This document shows, in pieces, positions 18,804 through 27,639 of a stretch of DNA of 64,000 bases; positions within the stretch are counted from its first letter, which is position 1; each line of letters begins with the position of its first letter. A program made the translations under genes and the position numbers. The notes beneath the pieces were generated by a model. That model did no database searches and was not told where the DNA came from. It was given only the letters and a program-made list of their open reading frames with translations. Source of the DNA: a virus; IMG/VR virus record IMGVR_UViG_3300032053_000013, positions 58,286 through 122,285 of that record; one strand, 5' to 3'.

Positions 18804-20315
18804 ATGAGAAGGCAGACTTATTACACCCCAGGGGATAAATCTATATATGGGAACATCATTGACGAACTGGAAAGTGAGCGCGGCAGACTTGAGGCCGGAT
18901 TTCAGACTGTCTTCTCCTCCGTAGAGCAGCTGATTCCTTCAGAGAACCTGAATTTTTACATCGACCCAACCAACGGGAATGACGCAACCGCCGATGGAGC
19001 GATAATCACCCCGTTTAAGACCTGGAAGGCTTTTTGGGAATCGAACGTCCTCCCGAAGGCCACAAGGAAATCCATCAACGTCAAGATCTTTCCAGGTGTT
19101 CTCGACTGGGTGTACCTGTCGGGGATAAACGTCTACCAACCCGGATCCCTCAACATCTATGCGGACATGAAGCCTGCCGTCATCACGGGAATGAACCAAG
19201 GGACGGCTTCCGGTGGAACGACATACTCCCTCCAGAAAGCGGGAGCCGGGTGGGCACCAAACCAACTTGCCGGGAAGTCGTGGCGGATCACGGCTGGAAC
19301 TCACATGTGGTACAGCGGGAAGATCGTTACCAACACGGCAACGGAGTTCTTCATCGCCCCTTTGATGGGGACGCCTATCGACGCCACGGACGTGTTCATC
19401 ATCGAGGAATCAACGGTTCTGGTGAACCCCCCCCTGATGTATAACCATCCCAATCCCTTGACGGTGTACGATAGCAGAGGAAACATCAACATCCAAAACC
19501 TGGACTTCCAGGCCAACGAGCACCGCTACCAGTATTACGCGGGAAGAATAACCAGGAGTGGCGACGGAATCATCTTCTTTAACTGCATGTTCAGGGGATC
19601 GAGTCCGGCGTCTCTCGCAGCATTGAAAGATCCTCTGTGGACATCTCGGGCACACGACTCGACGTTTTTTCTTTGCTCGTTCATCTCTCAGGAAGGAGTT
19701 ACGACGGAGTCCATCATTCAACACGACGGACCCACCAGTAAGATGGATTACTACGGATGCGCCTTTAACGATTGCATCCATGTCTACTACGGCATGGACC
19801 ACCTCTCCATACAGAACTGCCACCGCATACAGCGGGCAGGGAGCACAGGGAGCGACGTCCTCCGGACGGTCAACTACTTCCAGCCCATCAACAGTAGGAT
19901 CGACTTCAATCTAACCGGGGCGGGCATACGATTCGATGGCCCGTCCTGCATGGACGCCCGCTACACGCAATTCCTTCGGTCCAGCGGAAAGGGTCTGTGG
20001 ACATACGGCTACTACGGCGATGGTGTCCGCCTGTCTTTCATTGGGGGAGAAGTAGGGGGTTGCGTCGGGGATGGGATTGATGTGGGACCATGCTCTTCCG
20101 TGGCCATGGTTTCTCTTCTCACGAACCCAGCCGCCATCAACGGCGGGTGGGGGCTCAAACTCCGAAATGGAGCGAAGGCCGCATACGCCGGAGTCAGCTC
20201 TCTCAAGGGGGCATTGGGGGATGTGAACCTTGGAGACGGGGTAACCAATGTCCCGATAAATACGACAGCGACCGACACGACGCACCTAACTCGGATAGCG
20301 CCTTTCGGAGGGTAG
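18804..20315 (+). CDS. Tail spike-like protein with pectate-lyase-like beta-helix
   Basis: YIDPTNGND...PFKT motif, beta-helix repeats, visibly AT-richer codons. Confidence 0.65.
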   Translation: MRRQTYYTPGDKSIYGNIIDELESERGRLEAGFQTVFSSVEQLIPSENLNFYIDPTNGNDATADGAIITPFKTWKAFWESNVLPKATRKSINVKIFPGVLDWVYLSGINVYQPGSLNIYADMKPAVITGMNQGTASGGTTYSLQKAGAGWAPNQLAGKSWRITAGTHMWYSGKIVTNTATEFFIAPLMGTPIDATDVFIIEESTVLVNPPLMYNHPNPLTVYDSRGNINIQNLDFQANEHRYQYYAGRITRSGDGIIFFNCMFRGSSPASLAALKDPLWTSRAHDSTFFLCSFISQEGVTTESIIQHDGPTSKMDYYGCAFNDCIHVYYGMDHLSIQNCHRIQRAGSTGSDVLRTVNYFQPINSRIDFNLTGAGIRFDGPSCMDARYTQFLRSSGKGLWTYGYYGDGVRLSFIGGEVGGCVGDGIDVGPCSSVAMVSLLTNPAAINGGWGLKLRNGAKAAYAGVSSLKGALGDVNLGDGVTNVPINTTATDTTHLTRIAPFGG

Positions 20316-20319
20316 GACT

Positions 20320-20547
20320 GTGATCATTGAAGATCAAGTGAAGACGTTGCTGCTGGCGGCGGAGAAAGCCGATCTGGCGGACAGGGATTCCTTGCTTTTT
20401 GGGGGTTTCTACCGGGAGCCGAATTCTTTCATGGAACGTCAAGTTAGAGTAAGGCTCTACGGAATTATCAGGGAGAACCATCTCGCGGAGGATGCACTTG
20501 ATTCTTTGTGGGATCTACTCGGGCTGGAAAGACATCCTCCTGAATAA
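20320..20547 (+). CDS. Small hypothetical protein
   Basis: Follows spike gene, same AT-richer composition. Confidence 0.55.
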   Translation: MIIEDQVKTLLLAAEKADLADRDSLLFGGFYREPNSFMERQVRVRLYGIIRENHLAEDALDSLWDLLGLERHPPE

Positions 20548-20588
20548 GGGGATTTCAATAGGAACCTCGGTCCCTCTTTCTTTCCTGA

Positions 20589-20623
20589 TCCGCCGGGGGT
20601 TCGCGCCTCCGGCGGGTTTTTTT
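20589..20623 (+). terminator. Strong intrinsic terminator ending structural module
   Basis: TCCGCCGGGGGT-TCGC-GCCTCCGGCGGG then T7. Confidence 0.9.
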
Positions 20624-20634
20624 CGCCCAGGCTG

Positions 20635-20662
20635 TTGACGACTTGGGGAAAAGGGGTATAAT
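20635..20662 (+). promoter_or_regulatory. Phage consensus promoter TTGACG-N16-TATAAT
   Basis: Member of 10-copy family. Confidence 0.85.
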
Positions 20663-20690
20663 AAAGGAGTCAAGTGCAGGAGGGGACGAG

Positions 20691-21041
20691 ATGATGGCGA
20701 CGGCGAGCAGGTCGGAGAGGGACGCCAGGCGGGCGAAGGTCCGCGAGGCCCTCAAGGCCATGATGGTGTTCTCGGACGACGACCCCGAGGTCGCGAAGTT
20801 CTCCGAGAAGGTCGCGGAGCTCCGGCACGAGTACCGGGAGGGGAGGCTCTTCGTGGGGAAGGACAGCCCCCCGAAGCACGAGATCCGCCGGTCGAAGACG
20901 GGCAACGTCTACTGCCGGTGCCCCGACTTCGCCTTCCGCCAGCGGGAGGGCCGGGCCGGGGGGACGGGGGTCTGCAAGCACGTAGCTTTTGCCTTGTGCA
21001 TGGACCTGGAGATCCCGGCGACGGGGGAGGGCGGGCTGTAG
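20691..21041 (+). CDS. SWIM zinc-finger protein
   Basis: YCRCPDF....CKH. Confidence 0.8.
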   Translation: MMATASRSERDARRAKVREALKAMMVFSDDDPEVAKFSEKVAELRHEYREGRLFVGKDSPPKHEIRRSKTGNVYCRCPDFAFRQREGRAGGTGVCKHVAFALCMDLEIPATGEGGL

Positions 21042-21055
21042 GAGCCCCTTTTTTT
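21033..21055 (+). terminator. Possible intrinsic terminator
   Basis: GGGCT-GTAGG-AGCCC then T7. Confidence 0.5.
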
Positions 21056-21067
21056 CGCGGAATCTTG

Positions 21068-21095
21068 TTGACGAAAGCAGGAAAGCCCGTATAAT
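21068..21095 (+). promoter_or_regulatory. Phage consensus promoter TTGACG-N16-TATAAT
   Basis: TTGACGAAAGCAGGAAAGCCCGTATAAT. Confidence 0.9.
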
Positions 21096-21138
21096 AGAGG
21101 CGTGAGGTAGAGGTAGTCGAGAAGGAAGGAGACGGGCC

Positions 21139-22230
21139 ATGCGGATCGGAGAGGTCGCGAACGTGATACGGGCTCACGAGGCCGCGGGGAACGCGGTCAT
21201 GCTGTGGGCCCCCCCGGGCGTGGGGAAGTCGGCCCTGGTCCGACAGATGTGCGAGGAGGACGGGATCGAGTGCATCGACATCCGCCTCTCCCTCCTGAAC
21301 CCGGTCGACCTCCGCGGGATCCCGGTGGTGCGCGGGGACAAGGTCGAGTGGGTGCCCCCCGTGTTCCTGGTCAAGCGCGGCCCCTGCCGGTTCTTCCTCG
21401 ACGAGATCAACTGCGCGCCCCCGGCCACCCAGGCGGCGGCGTATCAGTGGATCCTCGACGGGCGGATCGGCGAGTGGTCCATGGACAAGACGGTCGAGAA
21501 CGGCCGCCCCCGGCAGACGATCATCGCGGCCGGGAACAGGGCCTCGGACCAGGCGGTCGTCCACCAGATGCCCGCCCCCCTGCGCAACCGCATGGCCCAC
21601 GTGGAGGTGGAGCCCCACCTCGACGACTGGCGCGAGTGGGCGTGGGCGCACGGGGTCGACTCCGGCGTCATCAACTTCCTCGCCTTCACCTCGCGGATCG
21701 GGGTGGGGATCAACGAGAAGTCGGCCTGGGGCCTGCTCTTCTTCTTCGACCCGAAGGTCCATGCCTCCGGGTCCTTCCCGACCCCCCGGTCGTGGGAGCA
21801 GGTGAGCAGGTTCATCACGGCGAACCCGAAGCTCCGGACGAACACCGAGGCGGTCGCCGGGATGGTCGGGGCGGCGGTGGCGCAGAAGTTCACGGCCTTC
21901 ATGAAGGTGGCGGACAAGCTCCCGAGCGCGGACCGGGTCCTCGACGGGGACATGGGGCTGGCGCCCCCGGCCGAGCCCTCCGCCCTGTACGCCTTCTGCG
22001 GCGCCCTGTCGGCGGCCCTGATCCGCCGGGACAAGGCGACGCGGGGGAAGGCCATGGAGAACGTCGCCTCCTACTGCGCGAAGCACTGGTCGGGCGACGC
22101 TGAGTTCGCGATCCTCACGATGCGCGACTTCGGGCGGACGGCGGAGTTCCGGGAGGTCTACCGCGGCGTCCTGACCTCGAAGGGCTGGAAGGACTTCTCG
22201 AAGGTCTTCGGGAACCTGCTCCAGGAGTGA
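21139..22230 (+). CDS. MoxR-like AAA+ ATPase
   Basis: Walker A APPGVGKS, Walker B FFLDEIN, AAGNR, PLRNR, PTPRSW. Confidence 0.9.
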   Translation: MRIGEVANVIRAHEAAGNAVMLWAPPGVGKSALVRQMCEEDGIECIDIRLSLLNPVDLRGIPVVRGDKVEWVPPVFLVKRGPCRFFLDEINCAPPATQAAAYQWILDGRIGEWSMDKTVENGRPRQTIIAAGNRASDQAVVHQMPAPLRNRMAHVEVEPHLDDWREWAWAHGVDSGVINFLAFTSRIGVGINEKSAWGLLFFFDPKVHASGSFPTPRSWEQVSRFITANPKLRTNTEAVAGMVGAAVAQKFTAFMKVADKLPSADRVLDGDMGLAPPAEPSALYAFCGALSAALIRRDKATRGKAMENVASYCAKHWSGDAEFAILTMRDFGRTAEFREVYRGVLTSKGWKDFSKVFGNLLQE

Positions 22231-22237
22231 GCGGGAG

Positions 22238-22585
22238 ATGGGGGGGAAGATGGACGCGGCGAAGGAAGCAAAGGGGATCCTCGGCGGGACGTCGAAGAGC
22301 GGGGCCCCGAAGGGGAGGGCCGAGGCGGAGGCGCTCCGGTGCTCCCTGGTGGCGGCCCTGGTGGGGATGCCGAAGGCGGAGCGGGCCGAGGCCACGAAGG
22401 CCCTCGCCCTCCACCTCGCCCGGCACTGGTCGGGGAAGGGCGACCGGAGGGCGGCTCTCGAGGTCGTGGCGGCCTTCGGCAGGACCCCGGAGTACCGGGA
22501 GGTCTACAAGAGCCTCCTCACCTCCGTGGCCTGGGTGGAGTTCTCCAGGCAGTTCTCGGGGGACATCGCCGAGATCCTCGCTTGA
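22238..22585 (+). CDS. Stand-alone paralogue of the AAA+ ATPase C-terminal helical domain
   Basis: HWSG..FGRTPEYREVYKSLLTS.AW.EFS matches HWSG..FGRTAEFREVYRGVLTS.GW.DFS of upstream ATPase. Confidence 0.8.
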   Translation: MGGKMDAAKEAKGILGGTSKSGAPKGRAEAEALRCSLVAALVGMPKAERAEATKALALHLARHWSGKGDRRAALEVVAAFGRTPEYREVYKSLLTSVAWVEFSRQFSGDIAEILA

Positions 22586-22609
22586 CGAAAGCAGGAAAGC
22601 CTGTATAAT
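22582..22609 (+). promoter_or_regulatory. Phage consensus promoter TTGACG-N16-TATAAT
   Basis: TTGACGAAAGCAGGAAAGCCTGTATAAT; its TGA is the upstream stop codon. Confidence 0.9.
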
Positions 22610-22636
22610 AGTGGTGTCTTGTGAGGAGGCAGGGAC

Positions 22637-24226
22637 ATGGCAGAGGAGAGAGGTCCGCTGGTCAAGGCGGGGGTCCAGCTCGTCCTGAACCACCCCTTCT
22701 TCGGGGTGCTCTTCTGCCACCTGCGGAAGGTGCCGCTGTCCGCCAGCCGCATGGTCGCCATCTGCGGGATGCCGACGGCGGCGGTCGACGGCAAGACGAT
22801 CTTCTACAACGAGGAGTGGGTCGGGAAGCTGCCGGAGAAGGCCCGCATGGGCCTCCTGGCGCACGAGGTCCTCCACCCCGCCCTCGGCCACCTCTGGCGC
22901 CGGGGCAACAGGCACCTCGAGCTGTGGAACTGCGCGGTGGACTTCGCGGCGAACGACATCATCAAGCGCATGATCCCGAACGTGGAGCTGCCGGACGGCG
23001 GGCTCTACGACTCCCGCTTCCAGGGGATGGCGGCCGAGCAGATCTACTCGATCCTGGAGAAGGAGGCGAGGAAGATCACGCGGCCCGGAGGGGGCGACGG
23101 CCACCTGGAGAAGACCGTGCGGGACGGGCAGGACCCGAAGGGCGGGAAGGGGAGGCAGAAGGCCGGCGGCAAGCCGGAGGAGAAGAAGGGGAAGGGCGCG
23201 GGGAAGGGGGAGGAGAAGGGGAAGAAGGGGAAGGGCGCCGGGGGGAAGAAGGCGAAGGAGGAGAAGGGGGACGAGGATGGCGAGGGGGACGCCGACCCCG
23301 AGGACGGGAAGTCCGACAGCCTAACGGAGGCGGAGAGCAAGGCCGAGGGGCAGAAGGGCAAGGGGAAGGACGGGCAGGAGGGGGAAGACGGGGAGGGGTC
23401 GGAGGAGGACGGGGAGGGGGAGGGCAAGGGCGGGAAGGGCAAGGGCGAGGGCAAGGGCGAGGGCGAGGGCCAGGCACCGGCCGAGCAGCAGGAGGGGGAG
23501 GGCGGGGGCGAGGAGAGCGACACGGGGGAGATGGAGGACGGGCCCGAGGAGAGCATGGAGCAGCACTGGAGGGACGTGCTGGTCCAGGCCGCGATGGTCG
23601 CGAAGCAGAAGGGCAACCTCCCGGCCCAGCTCGCCCGCCTGGTCGAGGACGTCACGGCCCCGAAGGTCCCGTGGCAGGCGATCATCGAGCAGTTCCTCAC
23701 GGAGGTCCTGCGCGACGACTACGACATGATGAAGCAGGACCGCCGGTTCATCGAGCAGGGGATCTACTTCCCCGACCTCCAGTCGAACGCGACGAGCGTG
23801 GCGGTGGCGGTGGACACGAGCGGCTCGATCGGCAAGAGGGAGCTGGTCGCCTTCGTGAGCGAGATGACGGGCCTCCTCCGGTGCAGGGGGATCGCGAGCA
23901 TGAGGGTCATGGCGTGCGACGCGGAGGTCACCCTGGACGAGACGCTCGGCCCGACGGACCCCCTGCCGGAGAACTACCCCGGAGGCGGCGGGACCGACTT
24001 CCGCCCGGTCTTCAAGCGGCTGCGGGACGGGATGCAGTCGGGGGAGCGCCCCGCCCTCCTGGTCTACCTCACGGACGGGTGCGGGACCTACCCGGAGAGG
24101 GACGAGCTGGGGATCCCGGTCATCTGGATGATGACGACCGACGCCTACCGCAAGGAGGAGAGCCTTCCGGAGCCGCCGTTCGGGGTGCGGATCCCCTACG
24201 AGATCGGGGGGAGGGACGACGAGTGA
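22637..24226 (+). CDS. HExxH metallopeptidase-like plus vWA-domain protein (DUF2201 type)
   Basis: AHEVLH..GH, WNCAVD..N, G/K/E linker, MIDAS VAVDTSGS, GGGGTDF. Confidence 0.88.
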   Translation: MAEERGPLVKAGVQLVLNHPFFGVLFCHLRKVPLSASRMVAICGMPTAAVDGKTIFYNEEWVGKLPEKARMGLLAHEVLHPALGHLWRRGNRHLELWNCAVDFAANDIIKRMIPNVELPDGGLYDSRFQGMAAEQIYSILEKEARKITRPGGGDGHLEKTVRDGQDPKGGKGRQKAGGKPEEKKGKGAGKGEEKGKKGKGAGGKKAKEEKGDEDGEGDADPEDGKSDSLTEAESKAEGQKGKGKDGQEGEDGEGSEEDGEGEGKGGKGKGEGKGEGEGQAPAEQQEGEGGGEESDTGEMEDGPEESMEQHWRDVLVQAAMVAKQKGNLPAQLARLVEDVTAPKVPWQAIIEQFLTEVLRDDYDMMKQDRRFIEQGIYFPDLQSNATSVAVAVDTSGSIGKRELVAFVSEMTGLLRCRGIASMRVMACDAEVTLDETLGPTDPLPENYPGGGGTDFRPVFKRLRDGMQSGERPALLVYLTDGCGTYPERDELGIPVIWMMTTDAYRKEESLPEPPFGVRIPYEIGGRDDE

Positions 24227-24960
24227 GTGGCGAGGAGGAGGCGGTCGGCGAGGGCGGGGACGAGGGCGTCTTCGTCCCGTACACGGAGGTGAGGAGGGAG
24301 GCCCTCGGCTTCCTGGCCTCGTCCGGGTACCGGCTGGAGGCCGACGCGATGGACGCGTCGTGGGGGAGCACGGCGGACGGGAACTGGGAGAGGAAGGTAG
24401 CCGAGCGGGACGTCGAGCCGGGCGTCCTGATCCACGTGACGGAGAGGCCGCCGAACCCGGAGATCCGGGTCTACCTGGTCCGGGTGCTCGGGGGGATTTC
24501 CAAGCCCATCAGCAGGCCCAGGAAGATGTCGTACCGGAACCCCGAGCGGGTGCGGGCGTACCTGCCGAGGGTGGAGGCGGATCTGCTGGAGGGGCTGCGG
24601 ACGCGGTGCCCCCACTGCGGGGGCCCGATGGCGGAGAGGAAGGTCAAGAACCCGGAGTCGAAGAACGCGGGGAAGACCTTCCTGGGGTGCCTCCGGTACC
24701 CCGAGTGCCGGGGCGCGGTCGCGGAGTGGATCCCGAGGGCGGCCTCCGACGACGGGAAGATGGTCGGGGCGGCCTGCCCGGACTGCGGGTCCCCCCTGGT
24801 CGTCCGGTACGTGAAGAGGGAGGACCTGCCGCACCGGGGCCAGTCGTTCATCGGGTGCTCCGGCTACCCCAAGTGCAGGAGGATCGTCACGCGGGAGGAG
24901 CTCATGGCGCTGAGGTTCATGGCGCCGAGGGAGGAGGGGGAGGGCGAGCCGGCCTTTTGA
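24223..24960 (+). CDS. Topoisomerase-type C4 zinc-ribbon protein
   Basis: CPHCGGPM..FLGCLRYPEC and CPDCGSPL..FIGCSGYPKC; GTG overlaps upstream TGA. Confidence 0.82.
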   Translation: MSGEEEAVGEGGDEGVFVPYTEVRREALGFLASSGYRLEADAMDASWGSTADGNWERKVAERDVEPGVLIHVTERPPNPEIRVYLVRVLGGISKPISRPRKMSYRNPERVRAYLPRVEADLLEGLRTRCPHCGGPMAERKVKNPESKNAGKTFLGCLRYPECRGAVAEWIPRAASDDGKMVGAACPDCGSPLVVRYVKREDLPHRGQSFIGCSGYPKCRRIVTREELMALRFMAPREEGEGEPAF

Positions 24961-24984
24961 CGAAACGAGGAAAGCCCGTATAAT
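24957..24984 (+). promoter_or_regulatory. Phage consensus promoter TTGACG-N16-TATAAT
   Basis: TTGACGAAACGAGGAAAGCCCGTATAAT; overlaps upstream stop. Confidence 0.88.
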
Positions 24985-25035
24985 AAAGGTGCGAGCGGGT
25001 TGCGGAGGACGTGGGGCCAAGAGAAGGAGGGGACC

Positions 25036-25629
25036 ATGAGCGGGCTGAGCGAGATTGGGATCCTGCACTACGACATCCCCGGAGGGCTGAACTGCTTCTG
25101 GTACCGGCTCCAGCGCGTCCTGCGGTCGGGCCGGGCTCTCCAGGCGTCCAAGTCGGTGTACCTGGTCAACTGGGCGGACGTGCCGAAGGTCCAGGAGCTG
25201 ATCGACGGGGCCAAGAAGGCCTTCGCGGAGAAGTACCCCGAGCGCGTGGGCGGGCTCTGGGGCCTCAGGATGTCCTTCCTCAAGTTCGACGACGCGACTG
25301 CCGAGGAGGCGCGGGCGATGGCCGTGGACGGCCTGTCACGCCTCATCTCCGAGATCGGGGCCGCACTCAAGGCCCGGATCGAGAAGATGAGGGAGTACGG
25401 CGAGGAGGACCTGCCCCAGCGCGTGAAGCGGTCCTTCGCCCAGCGCGTCCAGGAGTGCGAGGGCCTGGCGGTCGCCTTCCGCCTCATGGAGGAGGTCGAG
25501 GTCGCCCTCGACGCGGTCAAGAAGGTCGTGGTCGCCGAGGTCGGCGCCGATGTCTACGCCACGGTGGCGGACGGGAAGCGGATGAAGCCCCGCCGGGCGA
25601 AGAAGGAGCCGTGCGGGTCGGCGGCGTGA
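25036..25629 (+). CDS. Hypothetical protein
   Basis: AAGGAGG RBS, downstream of promoter. Confidence 0.75.
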   Translation: MSGLSEIGILHYDIPGGLNCFWYRLQRVLRSGRALQASKSVYLVNWADVPKVQELIDGAKKAFAEKYPERVGGLWGLRMSFLKFDDATAEEARAMAVDGLSRLISEIGAALKARIEKMREYGEEDLPQRVKRSFAQRVQECEGLAVAFRLMEEVEVALDAVKKVVVAEVGADVYATVADGKRMKPRRAKKEPCGSAA

Positions 25630-25672
25630 ACGAGGACGCGGCGGGAGCCGCGGGGCCCCGCCGCCGTTTCGG

Positions 25673-26446
25673 GTGAGGGAGATGATCGACAGGAGCCTTC
25701 TCGGACGCGGGTGGAAGCCGTACAGGGGGTGCTGCCTGCTCGGCTTGATTGAGCCCCGCCTCGTCGACCGGGTCGGGTACGAGGTCGACTTCGAGGGGGC
25801 GTGCCGGATCGTGGCGAGGGAGGCCGTTTCTTCCCTTCCGGGGGAGGCATCGACCGACTGGGACGATGTACGGCAGGACAAGGAGTTTGACGCCAAGATC
25901 GTCTCGACTCACCCCAAGCTGTGGCGGTACTGGGACGACCGGGGAAACATCCGTAAGCACCTGGAGGACGTCCTGGGCGAGGCCCTCGGGGGCGGGGAGG
26001 TCGGGGGACTTCTCCGGCACGCCAACGTCTCCTCCATTCTGGAGGTGCTGGACCACGCCGTAGTGAGGACCATGGCCCTGGACCGCCTGCGGGCGAGGAT
26101 CCGCGACGGGGAGGAGCGCAAGATCTGGTTCACCAAGCCGCCGGAGACGATGATGCTTCCAGACGCCCATGAAATCTGGCGGGGGCCGTGGAAGGTCCTG
26201 GGCTGGAGGAGGGCGTACACGGGGGTCTACTACCCGTCATCGGGGGACGGGGAGGGCTTCGATCCCGCTGGTCTCGCCAGGACCAAGGCCCACACGATCC
26301 TGAAGATCACCTACGTCGGGGAATGGGCCGGGTGGGGCGAGCATGTCGCCCTGAAGGAGGACACCTACCCGTGGAACAGCGAGGAGGTGGCCATGCGTAT
26401 GATGGAGGAGCCCGCCGAGTCGGGCGCCGGGACGGATGGAAATTAG
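25673..26446 (+). CDS. Hypothetical protein
   Basis: 257-aa ORF in gene-dense run. Confidence 0.65.
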   Translation: MREMIDRSLLGRGWKPYRGCCLLGLIEPRLVDRVGYEVDFEGACRIVAREAVSSLPGEASTDWDDVRQDKEFDAKIVSTHPKLWRYWDDRGNIRKHLEDVLGEALGGGEVGGLLRHANVSSILEVLDHAVVRTMALDRLRARIRDGEERKIWFTKPPETMMLPDAHEIWRGPWKVLGWRRAYTGVYYPSSGDGEGFDPAGLARTKAHTILKITYVGEWAGWGEHVALKEDTYPWNSEEVAMRMMEEPAESGAGTDGN

Positions 26447-26461
26447 GTGGGGAGGTGCTGC

Positions 26462-26632
26462 ATGCCGGAGGTGAAGTGCCCCCGGTGCGGGGAGGAGATG
26501 AGGGACGGGAAGTGCCGGGCCTGCGGGGCCTGGATGGACTCCTACGGGATCGTCCACGCCGAGGGCTGCCAGGGCGGGTTCCACGAGGAGTGCCCGGGGG
26601 AGCCGAGGGGCAAGCCCAGGAAAAGGTCTTGA
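26462..26632 (+). CDS. Small zinc-ribbon protein
   Basis: CPRCG..CRACG; GGAGG RBS. Confidence 0.6.
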   Translation: MPEVKCPRCGEEMRDGKCRACGAWMDSYGIVHAEGCQGGFHEECPGEPRGKPRKRS

Positions 26633-26656
26633 CGAAAGTCGGATCGGGGATATAAT
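26629..26656 (+). promoter_or_regulatory. Phage consensus promoter TTGACG-N16-TATAAT
   Basis: Overlaps upstream stop. Confidence 0.85.
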
Positions 26657-26662
26657 AATCGC

Positions 26663-27457
26663 ATGGTGGACGGCGCTCATCTCGTGGACGTAAGCCTCTC
26701 CGCCCCCATGTTCGGGGCGACGAGGGCGGAGGACTTCGCCAGGATGAAGGTGGCGGGGTTCCTCCTGAGGGACTACCTGTACATCAAGATCCTCTTCAAG
26801 GAGCGGAAGGCCCCGTTCGTGCGGTACAGGTTGGAGAAGGGGATGGGGTGGGCCGAGTGCCGCGTGTCGATGCGGGTGGTCGGGTTCCCCCACGAGGACA
26901 AGTTCAACGTCAGGTCCGTGCAGGTGAGGGACCCGCTCGACCGGGCGCTTGTCGGGATGGACTGGTTCTACGAGACCGAGGCGGTGCGCTTCAGGGACGC
27001 GGAGGAGGAGGCGGTGTTCGGGTTCGCGGTGGGGGCCTTCGTGGTCCTAAGGAAGGCCGGGGCCATCCCAGGCAGGCTCACGAAGACGGGGTTCGCGAGG
27101 AAGGCGATCGAGTGGCTCGGCCAGTTCAGGGCGTGGAGGGACGCCGGGTTCCCCGAGGGGGCCGTGGCACCTGAGCCGAAGAAGGAGGGGCCGGATGCCG
27201 GAGATCACGGTGATCCTGGACGGGAAGGACTTCCGGAGGCTGGTGGCGGGGAGGGCGGTGGAGACGGAGGTCAGGGTCAGGGACGTACAGTGCTGGATCA
27301 GGATCGGGATGGGGGAGCTCGACTTCAAGGCGATGGTCGAGGCGATCAGGGACGCGATGGACGGGCTGGGACATGCACCTCCAGACGGCGAAAAACAGGA
27401 GCAAGAACCGCCTCAAGGAGCAGCTCCTCGAAGCGAGGAACCGCGTCGCGGAGATGA
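26663..27457 (+). CDS. Hypothetical protein (C-terminal part overlaps next genes)
   Basis: ATG 6 nt after -10 box (possibly leaderless); GC3-rich to ~27190. Confidence 0.6.
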   Translation: MVDGAHLVDVSLSAPMFGATRAEDFARMKVAGFLLRDYLYIKILFKERKAPFVRYRLEKGMGWAECRVSMRVVGFPHEDKFNVRSVQVRDPLDRALVGMDWFYETEAVRFRDAEEEAVFGFAVGAFVVLRKAGAIPGRLTKTGFARKAIEWLGQFRAWRDAGFPEGAVAPEPKKEGPDAGDHGDPGREGLPEAGGGEGGGDGGQGQGRTVLDQDRDGGARLQGDGRGDQGRDGRAGTCTSRRRKTGARTASRSSSSKRGTASRR

Positions 27458-27566
27458 CGGAGGAGATGTCGCTCCTCACGACGCTGCTGGGGATAGGGGG
27501 CCAGTTCGAGAGGACGGGAAGCAGGATCGTGGTCCGGTTCCCCGTCCCCGCGGGGTGGTCCGCTGA
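27195..27566 (+). CDS. Hypothetical protein
   Basis: AAGGAGG RBS; N-terminus similar to 27636 ORF. Confidence 0.6.
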   Translation: MPEITVILDGKDFRRLVAGRAVETEVRVRDVQCWIRIGMGELDFKAMVEAIRDAMDGLGHAPPDGEKQEQEPPQGAAPRSEEPRRGDDGGDVAPHDAAGDRGPVREDGKQDRGPVPRPRGVVR

Positions 27567-27639
27567 GGACTGGGGAAGGGACACGAGGGAGATACTGATC
27601 AGGTTCAGGAAGGTCGTCCGTTCAGGAGAGACGGCATGA
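27373..27639 (+). CDS. Hypothetical protein
   Basis: GC3-rich frame, stop overlaps next ATG. Confidence 0.55.
   Translation: MHLQTAKNRSKNRLKEQLLEARNRVAEMTEEMSLLTTLLGIGGQFERTGSRIVVRFPVPAGWSAEDWGRDTREILIRFRKVVRSGETA

Noticed and set aside
23100-23560. G-rich tandem repeats as a DNA-level element
   Set aside because: They encode the Gly/Lys/Glu linker usual in this peptidase-vWA family.
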